Shown here: positions 51,270-63,163 of the stretch, in pieces
Layout: each line of letters begins with the position of its first letter
How positions within the stretch are numbered: the first letter of the stretch is position 1
Assembly: GCA_020137815.1 (NCBI GenBank)
Contig: CM035353.1
Location: 4,712,001 to 4,776,000 of the forward strand
From: Hormiphora californensis
Lineage: Eukaryota > Animalia > Ctenophora
DNA length: 64,000 nt
Direction of reading: 5' to 3'
Made by a program: the position numbers and the translations under genes
The notes under the pieces: generated by a model
Databases searched by the model: none
What the model saw: the letters and a program-made list of their open reading frames with translations, nothing else
Told to the model about the DNA's origin: nothing

Positions 51270-52100
51270 TGTCCCAACAACATCACGAACTGAGTCCATC
51301 TCCGGCATCCTGGGACATCATGGCAAAACATAATGGGGCGGGGAAGGACCCTTTTGTCTTTGAAGTTGACAACCTTACACGTGAAGATGTCCTCGAACAC
51401 GCTTTTGCTCGCCACCAATTCGTCCCTAATGTACCGAGCGACACTGTTTGGGCCACACCGCACTACCGCAGTCTTATTGCCTGGAGTACGATCCTGCTCT
51501 GCCTGATAAACAATTTTTAATTTAGTACACCCAGCCTAATCGATCATGATAATGAATCTATATACATGTAATACAGTCGGACCCCGATTTAGGGACCCCC
51601 GATTTAGTGGCACCCCGATTTAGGGACAGGATTTTTTCCCCCTGATATAGGAAATTAACCTTATTTGACCCCGATTTAGTGGACACCCCGATTTAGTGGA
51701 CAAGAGCCTTTCCCCCGAGAGTGTCCCTAAATCGGGGTCCGACTGTATGTAGAAACACTAAATTTGGCTTTAATGAAATTAGTTAGTAACCTACCGGTCA
51801 GAAATCTTGGCATGATTCTTGATCTTCATTACATCTTCAGCACTTATTTGTTGGAGTGGACGTGGTACTACATACTTGCTTCCCTATATTGTAATGGTCA
51901 TCGGATACTTACCTTCACCAACCCCCCTCAGATGGAATCGACACTGATAGATTGTAGGTGTGAAACAACAAATCTTTCAGTTAACATTTTTCCTGCAGCG
52001 TTGGCTAGGTTTATTAGAGCCTGCTTTTTGGACGGACACTAGCTTTTCGTATCCTCTGCCGCCTTGTCCACATTGTAGTCGAACTGTCCAAATCGCTCAC
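51270..52100 (-). pseudogene. Chapaev-like transposase N-terminal fragment with intron(s)
   Basis: CPSKKQALINL..TERFV; QISAEDVMKI..ISDR|QSRIVL..CGPNSV..FEDIF..RPIMFCHDV. A GT-AG intron spans ~51504-51794. Confidence 0.4.
51574..51745. mobile_element. pogo-like MITE copy
   Basis: Same TIR, TA TSD. Confidence 0.9.
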
Positions 52101-52414
52101 CATATTTCCATCACCTCCTCATTCTGCCAATTTCATTCAGAGTCGGTTTGACAGTTGACAGTAACGTCAAATTTCATACTGATTTTCTTTTTATGGGTAC
52201 GATTTCCGGGGTCCGGACTAAAAGTCGAACGGACGATAAATCACCGAGGGTGTAAGCTCGATAATTTGGCCGCCAGGCCAAATACTAAGAATTTACTGTG
52301 TACTGTCTTCCTAATATGGTTAGGGCTATCGTTCGGGTTAGGGTTAGGGCCACATTTTTGAGCTGAGTTTTATCGCCCGTTCGACATTCAGTCCTAGACC
52401 CCGATTTCCTACAA

Positions 52415-52589
52415 TATGGACTGGAGGAGAATGTTACTGATTGAGGGTGACCCAATAGAAATGGTGATAGAACCAAATTTCAATTTTCCTGCTTTCAAAT
52501 TAAATGTCTCCAAGAAGCTTCAATCTTCCGAGAATTCTGTCGACAGGGCTCATCGCCTGGGTGGGATTCCCCCGATCATGATCACCTAA
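52415..52589 (+). pseudogene. LINE ORF1 fragment
   Basis: RRMLLIEGDP...SVDRAHRLG..PIMI. Confidence 0.55.
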
Positions 52590-52686
52590 CTCGAAATTTC
52601 GAATGTAGTATAATAATAGGTGACACCTATTATTATACTACATTCGAAATTTCGAGTTTTTTTATTTTACAGTTTTCTATACTAAA

Positions 52687-52902
52687 GTCGGATTTTTTGA
52701 AACTGTCACCCCCCTGGGTATTTTCAAATTTCGTAAATGACCATAAATCCGGTTCCTGAGATAGAGACTTGAAATTTGGAGGTTAGGAAGATCTTGCTAA
52801 GTTCTTCCGAACCTCCAAATTTCAAGTCTCTATCTTATCAGGAACCGGAGATATGGCAAATTTTGTTATTTCAGGGGGGGTGACAGTTTCAAAAAATCCG
52901 AT
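52687..52902. repeat. ~215-bp palindrome (MITE remnant)
   Basis: TCGGATTTTTTGAAACTGTCACCCCC...GGGGGTGACAGTTTCAAAAAATCCGA. Confidence 0.8.
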
Positions 52903-53451
52903 ATTAGGCCATTCTACATTTCTACGTCCGATTAGGGGAGGCTAGTATTATATTGTGAGACAAGTACAATGACAAGTTTTGGGACACTTTGGCGGTCACA
53001 TAAACTCGACTACAACCTGACGTAACGCGCCGACCTTTGACCTGAATCGAAATCTCGTCAAAATTTGTCGCGCATGGTGCGCGCACAATAGCATGTGCCA
53101 TGGCATGCCTACTTTTTGCGGGAAACTCAAACTCTGCTTTGAAGCTTTGATGTCCCAACATTTGCATTGCTCCACCCCGGACCCTCTTTCAAGTCTCTGG
53201 AACCCACCATGAGCAAAATAATTTTTAAGAAAGGTCGGAACCATTTATACTTTTTTATTCATATCCGACCAATCTTCATAATGAGCTGTCTGGCGCCGCG
53301 CCGGAATCTTTATCTAAATTTTTATTCAAAGTCTAACTTAGATAAAGAGTCCGCTTTTAGATATAGAGTCCTCCTTGGGTTTATATATAGAGTGCGTTGG
53401 CACTAGAGTCCGCCTACCGGTCAAAACTCAAAGTTCATTGTTTCATTGGTA

Positions 53452-53592
53452 TAGTCGGACCCCGATTTACCGGGATCCTCGGGGGAAAGGGTTTTGACCA
53501 GCAAATCGGGGTGCCCGGTATATCGGGGTAAAATAACGTCAATTTCCTATATCAGGGGAAGTTAATGATCCCGGTAAATCGGGGTCCGACTG
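53452..53592. mobile_element. pogo-like MITE copy (short)
   Basis: Same TIR with one mismatch, TA TSD. Confidence 0.85.
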
Positions 53593-54381
53593 TACTCCAA
53601 TCCAAAGCAAAGTTGCGATTTTTGGTCAAGGCTGAAAATACAGGTAAAACTAAAAGGGCGTGGTCATTTTGGGCATTTTCTTCACCTCGGTTGGAGTGGA
53701 AATTTTTTTTGGTGTTTTTGGCACCCCAACGTGAACCCCGGTCGGATTTCATGAACACTTATTTTCGACTTTAAGACGATATATCTGACGATTGGTAAGA
53801 CTTGGAGCGTTAATCTTGTAACCAAGATGCTCGCCTGACAATTCTCTAGAACACTGCTTTTTGTTAGAACCATTTTGACCTATTTTTTGATGAGATTTGA
53901 TTAATTTAATGGAGCCCGGTCATGACCCAAAATCACAGGTCACGCAAAGAAAGTGGGACACCCTGTACATTGTACAGGGTGTCCCACTTGCATTGTACAG
54001 TGTACAATGCAAGTTGAAAACCTTCGTTATGTCTCAGTTTCCTAAAAAATGACTTGTAACCGGTAATACAGTGGGACCCTCGATTTAGCGGGAGGATAAA
54101 TTTCCCCCGTACAGAAAATTAAGGCGTTTATACTACGTCTGACTACGTCTTTAGTACGTCTGTCGGTAAAACGTCTATAATACGTCTATGATACGCCTAT
54201 AATACGTCGCTACTACTTCTATACTACGTCTCCCGCAAATCGCTATTTGCCCATACACTTACAGAGAGATCAAACATCTCAAACAGGCACAGTTATCTCC
54301 CGGAGATAATATTTCCGAGGTGCTGCTGCAAGGGGGCCGAGATACTTTTTTGTAAAATTATTAGAAATACAACCTCCCCCA

Positions 54382-54395
54382 TCTCTCTCTCTCTC

Positions 54396-54477
<82 letters not shown>
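54382..54477. repeat. (CT)n microsatellite
   Basis: Read directly from the sequence. Confidence 0.95.
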
Positions 54478-54478
<1 letters not shown>

Positions 54479-55102
54479 GGATCAGCACACACGTTAAAAT
54501 TAAAATTAAATTTGACGTTTTTGGTCATACTCATAACTCTGCCATTTCTTGGCAAAATTGCTTCATTTTGGGCTTGTTGGAAAGAGGGCATCGAGCCCGT
54601 TCTGAACATCCCAAGAAACTTGAAATCCGCGCAAAGTGCGCAGCGTTATCCTGCATTTTCGGACCGTGTTCGTCTCAACATTGCGCGTCGCAGGCTGTAC
54701 CAAACCCGGGTGAACAAGCTAACAATAGTGCAATTACATGCGCGCGATGTACTATATAAAGTCCATTTTTTTTCAACTGTTCACCCCCCAAAGTCGTGCG
54801 CGGAATTGTTTTGCGCGTCTATCACATGTTAACGTGTAGCGCGCGCCACGAAAGTTCTAAATTTCACTGAAATTTCAATTTTGGGTGAACAGTTGAAAAA
54901 AAATGGACTTTACCCTGCTAACTTAAATAATGCGCCAGTCCCACTAGCGCGCTCTCGATAACCAGCCAGTCCAGCGGCAGATTATTTCCCACTGGCAGGT
55001 TATTTATTTTTAACTCCTATGTTACATTCAAAGTGTGTGTAAATGATCAGTTCTTACTGAAATACAGAGGGAACACTGTTTGGAAGAGTTACACACTAAA
55101 TT

Positions 55103-57874
55103 CAGGGTGTGAACTGCATGTCGTGTTTGCTAGTCGCGAGCGCGCTTGCGAGACAAGCAAACACGTCAAGGTTCATTAACAAGCATGCTGCTCAGTCATT
55201 TTAGATTTAATACACAATGTAAGGATACCATGTAATAGGTGAGACTCTTGCCGTCACCCTCGTTCAAGTCCCGTGAAAAACGGAGCAGTACACGCAAACT
55301 GATGCCCATTTTCCTCGCGTGACCCCGATTCAGCAGTTTGAGACACCAACTCTTTAGGGGGCCATATCTCAGGAACCAGACAAGATAGGAAAAATCGCCG
55401 TCTAATGAGGCGTACAGTTTTTAATCTAGTTTACCACTGTACCGGCCGTTTCACTCTCCGACCTAAAACAAAAATCGCAACCCCACAAAACTTCAAAATA
55501 ATGAAATTCGCATCTCGCATGTCGTGTTGCATGTCGTGTCATGTTATTGACGCGCTCGCGTTCAACTCTCACACAGCAGCTGCAGAACATGGCGGGAAAC
55601 ATCGAGGAGTAGAGAGAGGGTCGGTGCCGAATCAAATATTTCTTGATCTTGATCTATTCCATCTCTCAGCTATCCTACCCCTCATCAACTCGATCTCTCA
55701 GCTACCCTACCCCTCATCTACTCCATCTTTCAGCTACCCTACCCCTCATCTACTCCATCTTTCAGCTACCCTACCCCTTATCTAGTCCATCTCTCAGCTA
55801 CCCTACTCCTCATCTACTCCATCTCTCAGCTTCCCTATTAGGGAAGCATAGAGATGGAAACGATTAGGGGTAGGGAATCCCTATCCATAATCGTTTCCAT
55901 CTCTATGCTTCCCTAGCCCTCATCAACTCCATCTTTCAGCTACCCTACCCCTAATCTAGTCCATCTCTCCGCTACCCTACTCCTCATCTACTCCATCTCT
56001 CAGCTACCCTACCTCCCATTTACTCCATCTCTCAGCTTCCCTACCTCCCATTTACTCCATCTCTCAGCTTACCTACCTCCCATTTACTCCATATCTCAGC
56101 TTCCCTACCTGCCATTTACTCCATCTCTCAGATACCCTACCTCCCATTTACTCCATCTCTCAGCTTACCTACCTCCCATTCACTCCATCTCTCAGGTTCC
56201 CTACCTCCCATTTACTCCATCTCTCAGCTTCCCTACCTCCCATTTACTCCATCCCTCAGCTTCCCTACCTCCCATTTACTCCATCCTTGCCTCCCATTTA
56301 CTCCATCTCTCAGCTACCCTACCTCCCATTCACTCGATCTCTCAACTACCCTACCCCCCATTTACTCCATCTCTCAGCTTCCCTACCCCTAATCTAGTCC
56401 ATCTCTCCGCTACCCTACTCCTCATCTACTCCATCTCTCAGCTACCCTACCTCCCATTTACTCCATCTCTCAGCTTCCCTACCTCCCATTTACTCCATCT
56501 CTCAGCTTACCTACCTCCCATTTACTCCATATCTCAGCTTCCCTACCTCCCATTTACTCCATCTCTCAGCTTCCCTACCTCCCATTTACTCCATCTCTCA
56601 GCTTCCCTACCTCCCATTTACTCCATCTCTCAGGGGTAGGAATGTTAGGATAAATGAGAGATGGAGTAAATGGGAGGTAGGGAACCTGAGAGATGGAGTG
56701 AATGGGAGGTAGGGTAGCTGAGAGATGGAGTAAATGGGAGGTAGGGAAGCTGAGAGATGGAGTAAATGGGAGGTAGGTAAGCTGAGAGATGGAGTAAATG
56801 GGAGGTAGGTAAGCTGAGAGATGGAGTAAATGGGAGGTAGGGTATCTGAGAGATGGAGTAAATGGCAGGTAGGGAAGCTGAGATATGGAGTAAATGGGAG
56901 GTAGGTAAGCTGAGAGATGGAGTAAATGGGAGGTAGGGAAGCTGAGAGATGGAGTAAATGGGAGGTAGGGTAGCTGAGAGATGGAGTAGATGAGGAGTAG
57001 GGTAGCGGAGACATGGACTAGATTAGGGGTAGGGTAGCTGAAAGATGGAGTTGATGAGGGCTAGGGAAGCATAGAGATGGAAACGATTATGGATAGGGAT
57101 TCCCTACCCCTAATCGTTTCCATCTCTATGCTTCCCTAATAGGGAAGCTGAGAGATGGAGTAGATGAGGAGTAGGGTAGCTGAGAGATGGACTAGATAAG
57201 GGGTAGGGTAGCTGAAAGATGGAGTAGATGAGGGGTAGGGTAGCTGAAAGATGGAGTAGATGAGGGGTAGGGTAGCTGAGAGATCGAGTTGATGAGGGGT
57301 AGGATAGCTGAGAGATGGAATAGATCAAGATCAAGAAATATTTGATTCGGCACCGACCCTCTCTCTACTCCTCGATGTTTCCCGCCATGTTCTGCAGCTG
57401 CTGTGTGAGAGTTGAACGCGAGCGCGTCAATAACATGACACGACATGCAACACGACATGCGAGATGCGAATTTCATTATTTTGAAGTTTTGTGGGGTTGC
57501 GATTTTTGTTTTAGGTCGGAGAGTGAAACGGCCGGTACAGTGGTAAACTAGATTAAAAACTGTACGCCTCATTAGACGGCGATTTTTCCTATCTTGTCTG
57601 GTTCCTGAGATATGGCCCCCTAAAGAGTTGGTGTCTCAAACTGCTGAATCGGGGTCACGCGAGGAAAATGGGCATCAGTTTGCGTGTACTGCTCCGTTTT
57701 TCACGGGACTTGAACGAGGGTGACGGCAAGAGTCTCACCTATTACATGGTATCCTTACATTGTGTATTAAATCTAAAATGACTGAGCAGCATGCTTGTTA
57801 ATGAACCTTGACGTGTTTGCTTGTCTCGCAAGCGCGCTCGCGACTAGCAAACACGACATGCAGTTCACACCCTG
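55103..57874. mobile_element. 2.8-kb foldback element, copy 2 of the CAGGGTGTGAACTGC family (5-bp TSD AAATT), opposite orientation to copy 1
   Basis: Arms are nearly identical to 14984-18611. The 22-bp loop at 56633-56654 is the reverse complement (1 mismatch) of copy 1's loop. AAATT lies at 55098-102 and 57875-79. Confidence 0.95.
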
Positions 57875-58786
57875 AAATTGGAGAGAAAGAAACAGCACAT
57901 TCCGTCAATTACTCTCTCTTTATCTTCCCTTTTGTTTCACTATCTCAATTCCTCTGTGTTATGTCTGGCATGCCCCATATCTTGTTATTTCTTTCTCTCT
58001 CTCCTTAGTAACCGTTACCAAACAATATACACTCAATTGAGAGATGTTTTTGACTGTTTCTCAGTTCTCTTTGTGTGTTTTGATTAGTGTTCTCTCTCTT
58101 GTTAGTGTGTAATACTTGTAACAAACAACTAAAGCAGGGTATATAACCTATAAACTCTTGCCACAGACGCGTTATAGGTTTAAACCCCTCCGCCTCTCCC
58201 TCGGCTACGCCTCGGGATCGTCGTCGTGATTTAAACCAGTTTATCCGCCAGTGGCGGATAAACTACAGCTACCTTCTCCCAGCGGCGCGCTGGGAGAAAG
58301 GTATCTGAAATAACGCGCCACTGGCAAGAGTTTATACCTCATATATCGCATGGAAGTTCACTATTGTTAGCTCGTTCACCCGGGTTAGCTCGTTCACCCG
58401 CGACGCGCAATGTTGAGACGAACACGCTCCGAAAAGAGAGCATTATAGTGCAAAATGTGTGCGTTAAAATTTTAAAATTTTAACGTGTGCACTTCGCACC
58501 GATTTTAAGTTTCTTGAGCTCTTCAGAACGGGCTCGATGCCCTCTTTCCAAAGAGCCCAAAATGAAGCAATTTTGCCAAGAAATGGCAGAGTTATGACCA
58601 AAAACGTCAAATTTTAATTTTAACGTTGACGGGCTCAATAATTGCACTAGATATCTTTGTGAAGGGTATATTGAGTGAGCATGTTCTACTTTTAGCACAC
58701 CAGCTGCAGTCAGCAACAGCATATAATTACACAGAAGTGTCATACAATTAGTCTAAACACTAATTACATTTTCAGATAAAGATTTC

Positions 58787-59428
58787 TCGGCAAATCTGCA
58801 TTTGCGGCAGACGTAGTCCAGCCATAATTGAGAGATTAGACGTTAGCGGAATAGACACCTGGCGCGACCCCCGCACTGTGTGAACTCAATCTCGGTCGCG
58901 CCAGGTGTCCATGTCTAGACGTACTACAGACGTGCGTATCTAAGGGACGCGCGTATCTAAGGGACCAGTTACAAAATTTGAAACTGATGTCAGTTTCAAA
59001 TCCGCAACTGGACCAGCTACACAATTTGAAACTGATGTCAGTTTCAATTCTGCAACTGGACCAGTTACAAAATTTGAAACTGATGTCATTGTCAGTTTCA
59101 AATTTTGTAACTGGAGCGTAAGACGTACTTGAGACGTACGTTAGACGTACGTAAGAAGTACGTTTTTAGGATTTCAGACATATCGTCAGATCAAATCTTT
59201 GCAATTTTAGAGTCTTATTTAGACGTAATTAGACGAATTGAGAGGGAGTAAGAAAAATTCAAATTTCAGTACGTCCCTAGTACGTCTGCAATGCAGTACG
59301 TCTGATTACGTCTCAAGTACGTACTCTGAAGAAAAAATCCGTCTAGACGTAATACGTCTGCAGTAGTACGTCTGTAGTACGTCTAGACTATGTCTGGACT
59401 ACGTCTGCCGCAAATGCAGATTTCCTGG
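58787..59428. mobile_element. TIR element with AGACGTA-rich subterminal repeats
   Basis: AAATCTGCATTTGCGGCAGACGTAGTCCAG is mirrored at 59394-59423. A related fragment is at 54130-54250. Confidence 0.7.
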
Positions 59429-59455
59429 TCTGTCTGAACTCTGCAGAACACTCAC

Positions 59456-59635
59456 TACTGTATGCTATTTTGCATATGGGAAGATCAGTAGTCCACATTC
59501 CGTATTTATCACATGTCATCTGTGACGTTCCCTCTAGAAGGTAATGAGTGATACAGGTGATGTTGACTGTCTGTCCTGGTTCTGTTTCATTTAGAGTTCC
59601 CTGTACTGATCCTACCACTGGATACCCATAACAAA
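59456..59635 (-). CDS. Exon encoding a Sushi/CCP domain
   Basis: CYGYP..GQTVNITC..YLLEG..MTCDKYGMWTTDLPIC. CAG acceptor, GTGAGT donor, 180 bp, phase 1-1. Confidence 0.85.
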
Positions 59636-59803
59636 CTGATGGAATGGAATAATTTAATTAGGAATTGATAGTCGATGAATTTTTAGATAGACATACTATA
59701 AATATTTAAATAGCTCGGGCGCCTTAATAAGTCGTCCATATTTGAGTGAGCGAACTAATAAGTACATAATATTAGTTGTATTTACTTTCTCCCTCGTATG
59801 TAC

Positions 59804-60232
59804 CTGTCTTTTCTCGGTAGCTTATAGAGGCACTGTCATGGCCACTGACAAACGCTATCTTCTCCACTACATCTCCACCCCATAATGATAAACATTGAGC
59901 TTTTTTGGCAAACGAGAATTTCCAAATATCCACCTCGTTGCACTCTATACTGAGACTGGTGTTTGTCTTCCGAAATGTCCAGACCTTGTCCACCTCCTCT
60001 GGGGGTTGCGTCGCGACTTCAATAAAATTGTCATTATAAGTACATTTTGTTATTTTGAATTCCATCGATGCAGGAGCGCCGAACCGAACCGCCACCAATC
60101 CTATGTTCTCTCCATCCGCAGTTTTCATAGTCACGCGAATCTCATCCCCACTTGAGGAGTTCGTTTTGATTTGAAGGGGGTTTCTCTCCAGATCAAATGG
60201 GATGATAAGATCAAGCTCGACAGGGTTCCACG
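59804..60232 (-). CDS. Exon encoding uncharacterised ~143-aa extracellular domain (repeat 2)
   Basis: Open, paralogous to 62460-62894 (W.PV..PFDLE..P.QIKTNS; PPEEV.K.WT.RKT; ECN; WGGDV; D.AS.SYR). CAG/GT boundaries, 429 bp, phase 1-1. Confidence 0.9.
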
Positions 60233-60335
60233 CTGCGGGAATTATAAAATTAGTTATCTCGGCCACTCTCATTTATACCGTGTCTTTTTATCATCTATAT
60301 ATTAATATAGATTAAAATGATTAAATATAATAGAT

Positions 60336-62217
60336 GGGGGGGGGTCCAGCCCTAAAAAAAGCTAAAGGTACCCTGATTTTGGTCGATAGCGTTTTTATTT
60401 TAGCTTTTTTTAGCTTTTTTTAGCTTTTTTTAGCTTTTTTTAGCCCTACTTTTTATGTTTTTTCAGCATTCATCTTGACACTTTTCCATTAAATTTTCAT
60501 CCTTCCGGACGTCTATTGACTGCATTTGTTCATTTCCTGCACATTTTTTACCATAATCTACCGTTTATGTCCATACATAGCAATTTCTGTATCCACCCCT
60601 ACTGCCATTTTCTGGAGACATTTTTTCGATAAAAATATTATTCAAATTTGATAAAAATATTTTTAAAAAAGTTCAAAAAACGTTATAAAACGTTATAATA
60701 AAAGTTAAAAAAATTTGGTGTCAGCGGGATTCGAACCTATATGAATCCACTAAAAACTCAATTCTAGCTTTTTTTAGCTTTTTTTAGCTTTTTTTAGCCT
60801 TAAAAAAGCTAAAAAACGCTAAAAAAGCTAAAAAAGCTAAAAAAGGTTAAAAAAAGCTAAAAAAAGCTAAAAAAAGCTAAAGGTACCCTGATTTTGGCCG
60901 TTAGCTTAGCTTTTTTAGGGCTGGACCCCCCCCCCCCAAAGTTACAAATATTTCAATTTAGCGTATAAAATCTCACTTTAACGTAATTTTTAAATTGGTA
61001 ATCGATTCTTTGGACGTAATAAGATGATGTACAACGTTTCTGTTGAAAAAAGAGATACAATTTTCCCAAAATCAATTTTTGGTCAAGGATTGAAAATTTG
61101 CTTCGCTACAAATCCTTGTGTTTTTTTTAGAAAAATTGATTTTTGGGTTTTTTTTCGTTTTAAGATAAATTCATGAGTCTTATTTACTTTTTAGGGTGCG
61201 AAAATGTGGATTAGTGTCATTTGACTTCAATTGCGGTTTAGTTTGGCTAGTATTTATTAACATTTACAAAATGGGATAAATCGCTGTAGAAAAGCCGTAA
61301 TAGAGGTAGTAGGGGTATGTAAATCGTACAGAATGAACAACTTTGCTCGCAGAACAAGTGTTAAATACTAAAAATACGTGCTAAAGGGGATTTAGATGAC
61401 ATAAATGGCATTTGTTAACGTTTGTTAACTTTTTGTTAATTTGTTAATAAATCACCTGTTTTCTCGATGTTAATATTAACAAAGTTAACAAAATTAACAT
61501 GTCCCCCCCACTGCATTTGTTCATTACCTGCACATTTTTTACCATAATCTACCGTTTATGTCCATACATAGCAATTTCTGTATCCACCCCTACTGCCATT
61601 TTCTGGAGACATTTTTTCGATAAAAATATTATTCAAATTTGATGAAAATAGTTTTAAAAAAGTTCAAAAAACGTTATAAAACGTTATAATAAAAGTTTAA
61701 AAAATTTGGCGTCAGCGGGATTCGAACCTATATGAATCCACTAAAAACTCAATTTTAGCTTTTTTTTAGCTTTTTTTAGCCTTAAAAAAGCTAAAAAAAG
61801 CTTAAAAAAAAGCTAAAAAAGGCTAAAAAAAGCTAAAAAAAGCTAAAAAAAGCTAAAAAAGCTAAAAAAAGCTAAAGGTACCCTGATTTTGGCCGTGAGG
61901 GTCAGCACACACCAAAGTTAAAATTAAAATTAAAATTTTGATTTTAAACCCGCACACACCAGCGCTGTTAAAATTTCTCTCCCCATTCTAAAACTAACAA
62001 TCTCGCGCACCATTTTAACGGTCGCGTTGGATGTTAAAATTTTAACACGCCGTCAAACTGGCGCGCGAGATCGTTACTTTTAGAATGGGAGAGAGAAATT
62101 TTAACGGCCGCTGGTGTGTGCGGCGTTAAAATCAAAATTTTAATTTTAATTTTAACTTTGGTGTGTGGTGACCCTTAGCTTAGCTTTTTTTAGGGCTGGA
62201 CCCCCCCCCCCCCCCCC
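60336..62217. mobile_element. Intronic G-tract-terminated element (GGGGTCCAGCCCTAAAAAAAGC TIR; 7-bp TSD AATAGAT) with internal duplication and duplicated right end
   Basis: TIR is mirrored at ~60905-60937 and ~62180-62217. It contains (TTAGCTTTTT)n arrays. Confidence 0.75.
61899..62174. mobile_element. PIF/Harbinger-like MITE (GGGTCA termini, TGA/TTA 3-bp TSD)
   Basis: The empty site GGCCGTTAGCTTAGC is seen in the duplicate at 60896-60910. Confidence 0.8.
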
Positions 62218-62459
62218 AATAGATATATAATGAATTTGCAGGACATGCATGGACAAGAGCAAATGTAACTTCATCCCCTATAACCCCCTGATTTACCTAA
62301 ACTTCCCCAAAAATGCGGGCCCGGCTTAGATATATAACACTTCATGGGTTTTAGGCGGGTGACCTGATAGATTATTCAGATACACGGGTTTGTGACATAT
62401 CATGCAGTGTCAAGGACAAAACGCCACTAAAAAACCCGAAACTACTTATAGTTATTTAC

Positions 62460-62894
62460 CTGGCTTTGCTCGATAGCTAATAGACGCGGTGTCATAGCCG
62501 CGGGCTAAAAACTTTATCTTCACTACATCTCCTCCCCAGTTGGCTGTACAAGTACTTTTAGTACTTTTACTGAACCGGTAGTATAGAACATGCACTCCGT
62601 TACATTCTATACTGACACTGGTGCTTGTCTTCCGAATGGTCCAAGTCTTTTCCACCTCCTCTGGTGGTTGCAGTGCAGCATCAGGAAAGTGGGTGTAGGA
62701 GTTACAGCCAGAAATGTAGTATTTCATACGTGGAGTAGAGAACTTAACTACTAACGCTCCAATATACTTATCAACAGATATCGCCCCCATCCAAATGTGT
62801 TTCCCACTTCCATGAGCAGAGTTTGTTTTGATTTGAATAGGGGTACTCTCCAGATCAAATGGGAAGGTATGATCACGCTGAACAGGAGTCCACG
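62460..62894 (-). CDS. Exon encoding uncharacterised ~145-aa extracellular domain (repeat 1)
   Basis: Open frame, CAG acceptor, GTAAAT donor, 435 bp, phase 1-1. Confidence 0.9.
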
Positions 62895-63035
62895 CTGTGG
62901 GAATCATAATTTGTAACTAGAATAACTCACAAAAAGTAGCTACCGCCTTCACTAAGAATTATTACTTATTTTAATAAGATATTATTTATAAGATATACGA
63001 CAGGCAGATAGAATAATTATAGGCACGTATATTAC

Positions 63036-63059
63036 CATGATCGCTTTGTGCTGTTGCAC
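63036..63059 (-). CDS. Candidate 24-bp micro-exon (GATAQSDH)
   Basis: AG/GT bounded, phase 1-1, and would complete an A-T-A signal-peptidase site. Confidence 0.45.
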
Positions 63060-63163
63060 CTTGTATGAACAATACAATGATCGCTCACTTATGGCAACGA
63101 CGCCATCTTATAAAATGAGTATACATCATTACATCATGTAATACACATGGACTCCTGACTTAC

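Noticed and set aside
58149-58336. Multi-hairpin segment as a structured ncRNA or Crypton-like element
   Set aside because: The inverted repeats are real, but there is a single copy and no diagnostic ends, so I cannot classify it.
58480-58743. Next exon of the Sushi-containing gene
   Set aside because: A possible acceptor exists near 58703, but the frame runs into a repeat with no donor or domain signature.
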